Shown here: piece by piece, positions 23,367 to 31,958 of the stretch
How positions within the stretch are numbered: position 1 is the stretch's first letter
How the letters are laid out: every line of letters starts with the position of its first letter
Notes under the pieces: generated by a model
Told to the model about the DNA's origin: nothing
Databases searched by the model: none
What the model saw: the letters and a program-made list of their open reading frames with translations, nothing else
Source: an uncultured Planctomycetia bacterium
Lineage (GTDB): Bacteria; Omnitrophota; Gorgyraeia; Duberdicusellales; 4484-171
Direction of reading: 5' to 3'
Assembly: GCA_964536865.1 (NCBI GenBank)
Contig: CAZHYN010000001.1
Coordinates: 120,001-152,000, forward strand
Length of the DNA stretch: 32,000 nucleotides
Translations under genes and position numbers: made by a program

Positions 23367-23441
23367 ATAAAGATATCTTACTTTTGCTCTCCACACACCC
23401 TGCCACCGATTTGTCTATATCTTTTAAAACTTTATAAATAT

Positions 23442-23481
23442 TTACACTACATTTTTAACTTTATGGTATAATGTAGTGTAA
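23442..23481. promoter_or_regulatory. 40-bp palindrome P1 enclosing an extended -10 promoter element
   Basis: TTACACTACAT-N18-ATGTAGTGTAA. The loop contains TGGTATAAT (23465-23471 region). An AAGGAGGG RBS follows. Confidence 0.6.
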
Positions 23482-23492
23482 GGAGGGTTTTG

Positions 23493-23798
23493 ATGAAAGT
23501 ATTAAGAAATATTTTAGAAGAAAGTAAAGAGTATTACCTTAAAGTTAAAAAGAAGATAGAGAGAAAAATTAAAAATTTACCTAAGGGTAGCGTTAAAGAA
23601 AGAAGGATTTGTGGTAAAAAGTACTATTATCTTCAATATCGAGAAGGTAAAAAAGTAATTCATAAATATTTAGGTAAAAATAAACCCGAAAACCTCATAA
23701 GACAGATTAAGGAAAGGAAGGTATTATTAAATGAGATGAAGAAAGTAAACGAGGCTATTGAGTTAATTAACAGGACAGAGAAGAGAAAAAGGAGATGA
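23493..23798 (+). CDS. small basic coiled-coil protein, possible antitoxin/regulator partner of the downstream gene
   Basis: ORF with a good RBS; its stop overlaps the next start (ATGA). LPKGSVKERRICGKKYYYLQYREGKK motif. No confident family assignment. Confidence 0.35.
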   Translation: MKVLRNILEESKEYYLKVKKKIERKIKNLPKGSVKERRICGKKYYYLQYREGKKVIHKYLGKNKPENLIRQIKERKVLLNEMKKVNEAIELINRTEKRKRR

Positions 23799-24306
23799 TT
23801 GAATCGGTTAGAAAGATTTTAAAGACATTCTATGAAAATAACCTTTTTGAAGAAGGAGTAGAACTTATAGGAAGCTGGTGCTTTCAATTTTATGTAAAGC
23901 ATTTAGGTGCCAAGCCTTTTCCTCTAAGAACTCAGGATATTGATTTTTTAATTCCTTACCCTTTTAAAGGGGAAGACCATAAAGATTTAATAGAGCAATT
24001 AGAGAAATTAGGTTTTAAGAAAGATTTTACTATAGAAGGACATTTATTTTTATGGAACCAAGATTTAAAAATAGAATTTTTGGTTTCCCAGAAGAATAAA
24101 GAATTAAAAGACTTCAGCAAGCAATATGCACATTTTCTATTGTAGAGAAAAAATATTTACAGAAATTATTGAATTCTTTACCCAAAAGATGGAGAAGAGC
24201 AATTTTTAATCTACTTAAGAAAGCTAAAGAAGAATTTCCTTTATATAAAGAAGATATAGAGAGTTTTCTTCTTACACTACAAGATATTAAAATTAAGAAA
24301 TTGTAG
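23795..24306 (+). pseudogene. nucleotidyltransferase-fold (AbiEii/GSU2403-like) gene, truncated and frameshifted
   Basis: The N-terminal 116 aa (ELIGSWCFQFY...LRTQDIDFLIP) end at a stop at 24143-24145. A C-terminal-like piece (EKKYLQKLLNSLPKRW...QDIKIKKL*) continues in another frame to 24306. The total length is well below what I expect for the family. Confidence 0.45.
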
Positions 24307-24311
24307 TGTAA
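24272..24311. repeat. 40-bp palindrome P2, twin of P1
   Basis: TTACACTACAA-N18-TTGTAGTGTAA. Same arms and same 18-nt spacing as P1; covers the stop at 24304-24306. Confidence 0.7.
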
Positions 24312-24316
24312 TTAGG

Positions 24317-24619
24317 TTAATATTTCATCTCCTCCCACACTCTCTCAAACTCCCTATACGCTGATTTATCCACTTCCTTATTCTTGTTATACTCAAAAAC
24401 CAACTCTCCTGTATCCACCAAAGGTGGATCCGCCTCTGGCGGATAATGCTCATAAATCAAAATTTCATCATTTTCTTTCACAATGTCCACCGTAACAGTG
24501 TTAGGTTTAACAACCTGTTTTTCTTTGCCAATAGAGTACCCTAACAATAATCCAACAACCAAATACATCCCCAAAATAAAATATGCCTCAATCCTCCTAT
24601 AAGTAACACTACCTGACAT
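24317..24619 (-). CDS. small membrane-anchored hypothetical protein
   Basis: 100-aa ORF with one N-terminal TM helix (AYFILGMYLVVGLLLGYSI); AGGAG-like RBS upstream on the minus strand. Contains element copy E5. Confidence 0.5.
   Translation of the reverse strand: MSGSVTYRRIEAYFILGMYLVVGLLLGYSIGKEKQVVKPNTVTVDIVKENDEILIYEHYPPEADPPLVDTGELVFEYNKNKEVDKSAYREFERVWEEMKY
24415..24444 (+). repeat. two-hairpin junction element, copy E5
   Basis: CCACC-AAA-GGTGG, then ATCCGCC-TCT-GGCGGAT (perfect 7-bp stem). Confidence 0.6.
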
Positions 24620-24683
24620 GGTTTATTACTCCTTTCTTAACTCATTGATATATAAAGAAGATAGAACCATCCCCACCAGGTTC

Positions 24684-24934
24684 TCATAATTTTTGCGCCC
24701 CACTGGCAGAGATTACCCCCTTTCTTATAGTCCTTTCAGTAATAAACGTCTCTTTTTCATATTTTAAGATGTAGTTCTGTTCTTCCTTAGGCAGTTTTAG
24801 AAGGTTTAAAAACTGAGTTATTCTTACCCTGGATACTCCCAGTCTTTTAGCCAATTCAGTCTGAGTAAGCTTCTCTTTTTAAGCGATTTCAGGTATTCTT
24901 TAGCCCTAACTATAGGATTTATATAAGGATTTAA
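24684..24934 (-). pseudogene. small HTH (XRE/ParB-like) gene with frameshift
   Basis: The minus strand reads ...RAKEYLKSLKK, then after a shift in an A-run, KEKLTQTELAKRLGVSRVRITQFLNLLKLPKEEQNYILKY...*. No intact start codon. Confidence 0.4.
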
Positions 24935-25223
24935 TTATAGTGTCTTATCTCTTTCTTTGTAACTATCTTGTTTTTGGGGATAAAAGAAGGTTTTGCCCAT
25001 ATAAAGAGTCTTTATTTTATTACAATATCGCCAGTGGCAGGCAACCTTTTCGTATATAGATTTAAGGATTTTTGTTCGCTGAGAGTATTGCACGGGGAGG
25101 AAGTTATTTTTCATAGAAAATTTATTTTGAGCAGCAATGGAGTTTTTGCCAGTTTTTGTGGTCTATCTTTCAATAGGTTATACGATAATTTCTAATTATA
25201 CAATATATGGCCGTTTAAATTTC

Positions 25224-25251
25224 TTGACACCCAACATATAGGGTTTATAAT
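25224..25251 (+). promoter_or_regulatory. consensus sigma70 promoter of the nrdDG leader
   Basis: TTGACA (25224-25229), 16-nt spacer, TATAAT (25246-25251). Confidence 0.65.
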
Positions 25252-25290
25252 ATTTACTAATTAAGTTCTTTAAATTGATCTTTGTATATT

Positions 25291-25485
25291 TTTCTTCTGG
25301 TGCCTTAAAGGCTTAATAGGGAACTTCGTGAAAATCGGAGGCTGTCCCGCAGCTGTAATGGGGGACGAAAGGCGCTATTTTCCGAGGTTATGTCGGGATG
25401 AAGTGCCACTACCCCGACGTTAAGTCGGGATGGGAAGGCGCGCCAAGTAGATTGATCCCAGAGCCAGAAGACCTGCCAGAAGAAA
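25291..25485 (+). promoter_or_regulatory. cobalamin (B12) riboswitch aptamer
   Basis: GGTGCC...AATAGGGAA...GTGAAAATC...GCTGTCCCGCAGCTGTAA...GCCACT...GGGAAGGC, and the B12 box AGAGCCAGAAGACCTGCC (25460-25477). The P1 stem is CTTCTGG (25293-25299) paired with CCAGAAG (25475-25481). Confidence 0.85.
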
Positions 25486-25547
25486 GGTGAAGTAGAATTA
25501 TCGTAGAATGATTCTACTTTTGAGAGACGAAGTAAATCAGGGTGCAG

Positions 25548-25589
25548 TCCCGCCTCTTTCATTTTGAAAGGAGCGGGATTTTTTATTTT
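25548..25589 (+). terminator. riboswitch expression-platform terminator
   Basis: TCCCGCCTCTTTC-ATTTT-GAAAGGAGCGGGA followed by TTTTTTATTTT. Lies directly upstream of the nrdD RBS. Confidence 0.65.
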
Positions 25590-25604
25590 GAAAGGAGGTT
25601 AAGT

Positions 25605-27707
25605 ATGGAGAGGGTATTTACGAAAATAACAAAAAGAGACGGAAGAATAGAAGATTTCAATTCCTCTAAGATAACTCAAGCTATAGCTAAAGCTGGAATT
25701 GCTACAGGTGAATTTGACAAAGAGATTGCAAAAAAACTTACTCTTAAGGTTTTGAATTTAGCTTCGCAAATTATTAAAGACCGCACTCCTTTAGTTGAGG
25801 AGATCCAAGATATAGTGGAAGAAATTTTATTATCATCCCCTTATAAAAAAACAGCTAAAGCCTACATAATTTATAGAGACCAACATGCAAAACTAAGAGA
25901 GCTAAGTAATAAATTTAATTTAAATTTAGTTGAGCAGTATTTAAATAAGGAAGATTGGCAAGTAAGAGAAAATAGCAATATGAGTTTTTCCCTTCAGGGG
26001 CTAAATAATTATATTTCATCTGAAATAAGTAAAATTTACTGGCTTAATAAGATTTATCCTCTCAAGATCAGAGAAGCACATCTAAATGGAGATTTTCATA
26101 TTCATGATCTAGGATTATTAAGTGTTTATTGTGTAGGATGGGATTTGCAGGATCTATTACTTGAGGGATTTAAGGGAGCTTCTGGTAAAATAGAGTCAAA
26201 ACCTGCAAAGCATTTTAGATCTGCTTTAGGTCAGATTGTAAATTTTTTCTATACTCTTCAAGGTGAAGCTGCAGGAGCTCAGGCTTTCTCTAATTTCGAT
26301 ACACTACTTTCTCCTTTTATAAGGTACGATGGTCTAAGTTATAAAGAAGTAAAACAAGCTCTGCAAGAGTTTTTATTCAACTTAAATGTCCCTACCCGAG
26401 TAGGTTTTCAGACTCCTTTTACCAATATTACTTTGGATCTGGTCGTTCCTTTTCATCTTGCAAATCAAGCAGTAATAATTGGAGGAAGCCCTCAAAACAA
26501 TACTTATAAAGATTTCCAGAAAGAGATGGAGATATTTAATAAGGCATTTTTAGAAGTTATGCTTGAGGGAGATGCTAAAGGAAGAGTATTTACTTTTCCT
26601 ATTCCTACCTACAACATCAGCAAAGATTTCGATTGGGATAATCCCAATCTTTCATTATTGTGGGAGTTAGCTGGAAAATATGGAGTTCCTTACTTTGCTA
26701 ACTTTATCAATTCTAGTATGAGGCCTGAAGACGCAAGGAGTATGTGTTGTAGATTAAGAATCGATAATCGCCAGCTTAGGAAAAGAGGAGGGGGGTTATT
26801 TGGAGCCTCTCCTCTTACTGGTTCTATAGGTGTAGTTACGATAAATATGGTAAGGTTAGGGTTTCTGTCTAGAGATGAAGATGAGTTTTTTGAAAGATTA
26901 GATAATTTGATGCTTCTTGTAAAGGAGAGTCTGGAAATAAAAAGAAAAGTTCTTGAAAGATTTACTGAGAATAGTTTGTATCCTTATATGAAGTTTTATT
27001 TAAGAAATGTAAAGGAAAGGTTTAATGAGTATTGGAAAAATCATTTTTCGACAATTGGTGTGATAGGCATGAACGAAGCATGTCTTAATCTATTTGGTGA
27101 AGGTATAGCTACGCCTCGGGGGAAAGATTTTACTTTAAGAGTTTTGGATTTTATGAGAGAAAAATTACTGGAGTTTCAGATGGATACAGGAAACAGTTAC
27201 AATTTAGAAGCCACACCTGCAGAAGGAGCATCTTTTAGGTTAGCTAAATTGGATAAAGAGCAATATCCCCAGATTATTTGTGCTAATGAAGAGGATTTTA
27301 GAAAAGGTGCTTCTCCTTTTTATACAAATTCTACGCATCTTCCTGTAAATTATACAGATGATATCTTTGAAGTGCTCGAACATCAAGACGAGATCCAGGT
27401 CCGTTATACAGGAGGAACTGTTCTTCATATTTATCTAGGAGAGAGAATAAAAGAGCCAGGTGCTCTTAAAAAATTAATCAAAATTATTTGTTCAAATTAC
27501 AAATTACCTTATTTTACCATTACCCCTACTTTCAGTATCTGTCCTCAGTGTGGTTATATTCCCTACGAGACAGAGATATGTTCTAGATGTGGTAGTAGAT
27601 GTGAAATTTATTCAAGAATAGTTGGATATTTAAGGCCAACATCTCAATGGAACCAGGGGAAGCAAGAGGAATTTAGAATACGAAAAACATTTAAGGTGAA
27701 CGTATGA
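25605..27707 (+). CDS. nrdD: anaerobic ribonucleoside-triphosphate reductase (class III)
   Basis: N-terminal ATP-cone (ITKRDGRIEDFNSSKITQAI); C-terminal Zn-ribbon CPQCG...CSRCG; glycyl-radical motif RIVGYLRP. Start moved to ATG 25605 (AAAGGAGG RBS), because the listed 25542 start runs through the terminator. Confidence 0.95.
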   Translation: MERVFTKITKRDGRIEDFNSSKITQAIAKAGIATGEFDKEIAKKLTLKVLNLASQIIKDRTPLVEEIQDIVEEILLSSPYKKTAKAYIIYRDQHAKLRELSNKFNLNLVEQYLNKEDWQVRENSNMSFSLQGLNNYISSEISKIYWLNKIYPLKIREAHLNGDFHIHDLGLLSVYCVGWDLQDLLLEGFKGASGKIESKPAKHFRSALGQIVNFFYTLQGEAAGAQAFSNFDTLLSPFIRYDGLSYKEVKQALQEFLFNLNVPTRVGFQTPFTNITLDLVVPFHLANQAVIIGGSPQNNTYKDFQKEMEIFNKAFLEVMLEGDAKGRVFTFPIPTYNISKDFDWDNPNLSLLWELAGKYGVPYFANFINSSMRPEDARSMCCRLRIDNRQLRKRGGGLFGASPLTGSIGVVTINMVRLGFLSRDEDEFFERLDNLMLLVKESLEIKRKVLERFTENSLYPYMKFYLRNVKERFNEYWKNHFSTIGVIGMNEACLNLFGEGIATPRGKDFTLRVLDFMREKLLEFQMDTGNSYNLEATPAEGASFRLAKLDKEQYPQIICANEEDFRKGASPFYTNSTHLPVNYTDDIFEVLEHQDEIQVRYTGGTVLHIYLGERIKEPGALKKLIKIICSNYKLPYFTITPTFSICPQCGYIPYETEICSRCGSRCEIYSRIVGYLRPTSQWNQGKQEEFRIRKTFKVNV

Positions 27708-28336
27708 GGATAGGAGGACTTCAGAAATTTTCCCTGATAGATTATCCAGAAAAACTTAGCTGTGTAATCTTTACCCAAGGTTGTAATTTTAGATGCCCTT
27801 TTTGCCATAACCCAGAGCTTGTTTATCCGTATCTTTTTAAAGAGACGATTCCTTGCGAAGACATATTTAAATTTTTAGAAAAAAGAAAAGGTCAATTAGA
27901 AGGAGTAGTAATTACTGGAGGCGAGCCTACAATACACAAGGATTTGATAGGATTTATAGAAAAAATTAAAGCGTTTGGGTATTTTATAAAATTAGATACT
28001 AATGGAAGCAACCCTTTTATGCTAAAAAAAATAATCAAATGCAAACTCGTAGATTTTATTGCTATGGATATAAAGGCACCACTAGAGAAATATAATATCT
28101 TGGCAGGAGTAGAGGTTAACTTGGATGCTGTTCTTCAAAGTATCGAGATTATTAGAAAATCCAAGATAAATTATAAATTTAGAACAACCTATGTTACATC
28201 TCTTTTAGATGAAGTTGATATTTCAAAGATAAAAAAAATGATTGAAGACGAAGAGAGATATAAAATTCAAGAATTTATTCCCCCCAGAGATAGTACTGGT
28301 AGGTTAATAGTTGATAAGAAGTTAGGCACAAATTGA
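27704..28336 (+). CDS. nrdG: anaerobic ribonucleotide reductase activating protein (radical SAM)
   Basis: CNFRCPFCHN (CxxxCxxC) cluster motif. The start overlaps the nrdD stop (ATGA). Confidence 0.9.
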   Translation: MRIGGLQKFSLIDYPEKLSCVIFTQGCNFRCPFCHNPELVYPYLFKETIPCEDIFKFLEKRKGQLEGVVITGGEPTIHKDLIGFIEKIKAFGYFIKLDTNGSNPFMLKKIIKCKLVDFIAMDIKAPLEKYNILAGVEVNLDAVLQSIEIIRKSKINYKFRTTYVTSLLDEVDISKIKKMIEDEERYKIQEFIPPRDSTGRLIVDKKLGTN

Positions 28337-28749
28337 CCCTATTTCAACCTCGTAGGTTGGGATGATTCCAGCTGTTGCACACTCTTTTATCCACTGCCAG
28401 AGCCTGCTGGGAAAATATACTGTGGGGGTAGTTTCATCAGGCGGGGAAAAAGCAGGCAAGTTCTGGAGTATCTTGGATATTACAGTAATATCTATGGAGC
28501 GCAATATTGTGGAGGCATCTCCACTCAGGCTCCATTCTGGAAGGAGAAAAGGGGGGGCATTCCAGCTGGGCAGAGTTTTGAAAAGCTCTCTGGAGAAAAA
28601 GAAGATATTTCCTGCCCAGGTAAAGATTATTAAAGCAGCCCGAGAATGTTGTAGGAAAATAATGAGCAGACAAGAGGAAACTTGGAAGGGAGGATATAAT
28701 TACTGGAAAGAAAAAGGCTCGCTTTAGGGTAATTTCTACCAGAGAGAGG

Positions 28750-29395
28750 GAAAAAAGTTGTAGATGAATTTATCTGAGTATCCCGGCCAATCTTAATCCT
28801 TCTCTGAAAAAGATAACTGCAAGAAGAAGTAAAAGAAATCCCACACTTTTGAGAGTATAAATGTAGAGTTTGCTCTTTAAGAAAGATTTTGTCTTCTCTG
28901 TTCTCAGCACCGCTGTTATCTTTGAGCCAATCAGAGATAAGTAGAATCCCAGAATGAAGGAGAGACTGCAGAATAATCCTCGGGCGAAGCCCTCCAAAAT
29001 TATAGGCCCGCCCGCAGTAAGTCAGAAAAGGTAAGGGTGAGAGTTGAGAAGATTGGTAATTACTCATTTGCCCAGAGGGGGATATCTAATCTTAGGAATT
29101 TTAGGGGATTTCTTTTAAAGAAGATACTTTTATATCCCAGATAAGTCAGAAATATCCCGCCTCCTATCGAGATAGTTCCCAGCACAACGTCTGAGTAAGC
29201 CACTTTTTTTAAGATAAATATTGCCAAAAATTATGGGGAGGTTTGTAACAAGAGGAGAAAGTGTAACCTTCAGACCCTCTTTTTTCTGCTATACTTAAGG
29301 GTCTCATAACTAGAGCAAGCAGGGATCCCGAAGAAAGGCCTGCTCCCAGTCCCAGAACTATTCCCGGGAAAAGAAAGGTAATTAAATCCTCCTAT
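28750..29395 (-). pseudogene. decayed LysE/RhtB-like transporter gene
   Basis: Minus-strand pieces in several frames: ITFLFPGIVLGLGAGLSSGSLLAL..., VAYSDVVLGTISIGGGIFLTYLGYKSIFFK..., and the listed 28770..28997 membrane-like ORF. Stops and frameshifts separate them. Visibly GC-richer than the surroundings. Confidence 0.35.
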
Positions 29396-29696
29396 TTTAT
29401 CCTGGGTTAGGTCTTTTCCTAATCTATCAGGAGCCTCCTATAACTCAAGAGAAAAATTTCCAGATGTGGAGTTGAAATGTTATTGGCACTGTAAAATATT
29501 ATGTGTAAATTCTAATTGATAAAGATAATAAAAAAGGCTACACCCTCCCAGAAAGGGAAAGAGGGCATATACTCTGCAAAACAAATAAACTTTGAGTCTG
29601 GTAGGAATTTACTCCCAAAAGATAGGGAAGCCTCAAGGATATCTTACCAAGGGAGGTATTCTGGGTTGATATAAAATAAAGGTTAGAGCAAAGAGG

Positions 29697-29804
29697 ATGA
29701 TAAAGCAGATATTAGAATACAGCCTGAATAAGGAATTAGAAGGCCTATTAAGAGCAGAGTATTACCAGCATATTCGGATAAGAGAAGGCTACAGGAATAG
29801 ATAG
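29697..29804 (+). mobile_element. N-terminal fragment of an IS256-family (mutator-type) transposase gene
   Basis: MIKQILEYSLNKELEGLLRAEYYQHIRIREGYRNR* resembles the IS256 transposase segment ...E.E......Y.R...R.GYRNGY. Only 35 codons are present. Confidence 0.45.
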
Positions 29805-29984
29805 AAGAGAAGCACCTTATTACCCATATAATTATAATATAGGGTAGTTAATATAGGGTAGTTAACCCGCTAATGGGCAGGATTCAGGAGTATGAGAGGA
29901 ACAAATAGGATTATTTGTCTATCAGTAGAAAGGTTCAACAATAATCTAAATAGTAGGGGATACAGCACCTTTCAAAAGAAAATC

Positions 29985-30038
29985 TTGACATAAGACAAAA
30001 AATAATGTACATTTTAAATAGACGGACTGGTCAGTCTA
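29985..30038 (+). promoter_or_regulatory. promoter and palindromic operator of the TetR gene
   Basis: TTGACA (29985-29990), 17-nt spacer, TACATT (30008-30013). The imperfect palindrome TAGACGGACTGGTCAGTCTA (30019-30038) abuts the ATG. Confidence 0.45.
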
Positions 30039-30670
30039 TGAAAAGAAGAGAAAGAAACGAAAATCTTATCAAAAAAAGAAAGAGCGAGATTCTTGACGCT
30101 GCCGAAATTCTATTTTCTAAATATGGCTTTGCCAAAACCACAACAGATAAAATTATGGAGCTTGCTAAATTAGGAAAAGGAACTATCTATCGCTATTTTA
30201 AAAATAAAAAAGATATATTTTTTGCTGTTGTGGATAGAGGTTTAGATAGATTAAAAGAGGAGATGCTTAAAAATACAGAAAAAATTGATGATGTATTAAA
30301 AAGGATAGAGGTAGCCGTAAAAACTTATCTAAGTTTTTTTGAAAAGAACGCAAATTTGGTGAATATCTTATTACATGAGCAGGCAGGTTTTCAGGAAAGG
30401 ATTGCAAAAAAATATTTAGAGCACTATCACGGTAATATAGAAAGAGTTAAAGCAACTTTTAAAAAGGGAATCTCTCAAAAATTAATAAAAAATATAGATA
30501 TAGAGACGACAATCGGTGTTCTTACAAGTATATTAAATGGGCTTATTTACAGATGGAAGATTGAAGGAAAAAGATTTAGGTTAACACAAAAAACCCTTCT
30601 TATTTTAAAGATTTTCTTTACAGGAATTGTCAGGGACAAAAAAAGAAGAAGAGAATATGAAAATTTATAA
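30038..30670 (+). CDS. TetR/AcrR-family transcriptional regulator
   Basis: ILDAAEILFSKYGFAKTTTDKIMELAKLGKGTIYRYFKNKKDIF is a canonical TetR N-terminal HTH. ATG 30038 is preferred because ATG 30005 lies upstream of the predicted -10. Confidence 0.85.
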   Translation: MKRRERNENLIKKRKSEILDAAEILFSKYGFAKTTTDKIMELAKLGKGTIYRYFKNKKDIFFAVVDRGLDRLKEEMLKNTEKIDDVLKRIEVAVKTYLSFFEKNANLVNILLHEQAGFQERIAKKYLEHYHGNIERVKATFKKGISQKLIKNIDIETTIGVLTSILNGLIYRWKIEGKRFRLTQKTLLILKIFFTGIVRDKKRRREYENL

Positions 30671-31958
30671 ATTATTTCTTTTATTCTTTAGTTTTCTTTT
30701 TGCTTTTACAGGATTTTCTCAAGACAAAGAAAAAATTTTAGTTTTAGATGAGAAAAAAGCAGTAAAGATTGCATTAAAAAGAAACTGGGATATTTTAATT
30801 AAGGATGAAAAGTTAAAAGAAGCTTATGCTCAACTTTTAAAGGTATGGAGTAGAGTTTTTCCTCAAATTTCCTCTTTTTGTACTTATCAAAGATATAATG
30901 ACCATCCTTTTATAAACTATCCTGATAATAAAGGTTATGGATTTAGTGTTGATCAGGTAATTTTTAATGCTCAAGTTTTTAATGCTATAAAAGCGGCTCA
31001 TCCCTTCTTAAATTCAGTAAAAGAAGAAAGAAGTGAACAATTTAATGCTGTAACTTTTGAGGTCAAAAAAGCCTTTCTTTATTCTTTAATTGCCCAAGAG
31101 AGTTTAGAAGTTACTCAAAATGCTCTAAATCTTGCACGTAAGTATTTAAAGACAACAAAGATACGTTTTGAAAATGGAGAAGCTTCAGATTATGATGTTT
31201 TAAGAGCAGAGGTTGAAGTTAAAAATTTAGAGTATAAATTTTTGAAAGCAAAATCAGTTTATAAGACTTCTTTAAATTATTTAAAGCTTTTGTTGGGAAT
31301 TAATCCTCAGGAGAAACTTAAGATAAAAGGTGAGGTAGAATTTAAAAGATTCAGGAAAGACTTTGCTTCTTTGGTTAAATCTGCTTTAGGTAGAAGATCA
31401 TTGATTAAAGCAATAGAATTTAAAGAAGAGTCTTTAAAACACAATTTAAGTGCAGTAAAATCTGAATTTTTTCCTTCTTTGGCATTGAACTTTCAAGATA
31501 TGGCTAATGAGAAAGAAACATTTGCTTTTAATAGAGAAAAATACCAAGATTACTGGATACTTACTTTAAGATTGAATTTTCCTATTTTTGAGGGAGGATT
31601 AAGATTTTTTAAGGTTAAAGAGGCAAAATCGCAACTAAAACAGATTAAGTTATTAAAAGAGAAAACAATTTCTGGTATAAAAATTGAAATAAAGAACGCT
31701 CTTTTTAATTTAGAAAGTACAAAAAAAGAAGTTGAGGCTACACAAAGCAATGTAAAAGATGCAAAAAGAATGTATGAGATTATTTATAAAAGGTATCTTG
31801 AAGGAGAAGCATCTTACTTGGATATTTTAGATGCAAGAAATACACTTTTAGCTTCTCAATTAAATAACTTGCAGGCACTTTTTGATTATAATTTATCTTT
31901 ACTTAAATTGAGGTATCTTACAGGAGAGAATTTAGAAAAAGAGGAGGGTAATTTATGA
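30657..31958 (+). CDS. TolC-like outer membrane efflux protein
   Basis: Signal peptide MKIYKLFLLFFSFLFAFTGFSQ from ATG 30657. Two repeated halves with the L...AL..N.DL and ..Y..G..S.LDVL.A pattern of the OEP family. Confidence 0.8.
   Translation: MKIYKLFLLFFSFLFAFTGFSQDKEKILVLDEKKAVKIALKRNWDILIKDEKLKEAYAQLLKVWSRVFPQISSFCTYQRYNDHPFINYPDNKGYGFSVDQVIFNAQVFNAIKAAHPFLNSVKEERSEQFNAVTFEVKKAFLYSLIAQESLEVTQNALNLARKYLKTTKIRFENGEASDYDVLRAEVEVKNLEYKFLKAKSVYKTSLNYLKLLLGINPQEKLKIKGEVEFKRFRKDFASLVKSALGRRSLIKAIEFKEESLKHNLSAVKSEFFPSLALNFQDMANEKETFAFNREKYQDYWILTLRLNFPIFEGGLRFFKVKEAKSQLKQIKLLKEKTISGIKIEIKNALFNLESTKKEVEATQSNVKDAKRMYEIIYKRYLEGEASYLDILDARNTLLASQLNNLQALFDYNLSLLKLRYLTGENLEKEEGNL

Noticed and set aside
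24968-25195. 75-aa plus-strand ORF upstream of the nrdDG promoter
   Set aside because: It has a TTG start without an RBS, no recognisable motif, and lies in a promoter-proximal AT-rich spacer. Probably non-coding.
25305-25562. 85-aa minus-strand ORF, and the 25542 start of the nrdD ORF
   Set aside because: Both lie on the cobalamin riboswitch and its terminator. The ATP-cone of NrdD begins at ATG 25605, behind a good RBS.
28362-29067. Track ORFs 28362..28727(+), 28437..28673(-) and 28630..29067(-) as real genes
   Set aside because: They overlap each other in a region that looks like eroded DNA. They have no RBS and odd composition (Cys/Ser/Arg-rich). Only the membrane-like fragments fit a decayed LysE-type gene.
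30005-30037. Longer TetR ORF starting at ATG 30005
   Set aside because: That ATG lies upstream of the predicted -10 (TACATT 30008-30013), so it would not be on the transcript. ATG 30038 is used instead, though neither start has a good Shine-Dalgarno sequence.
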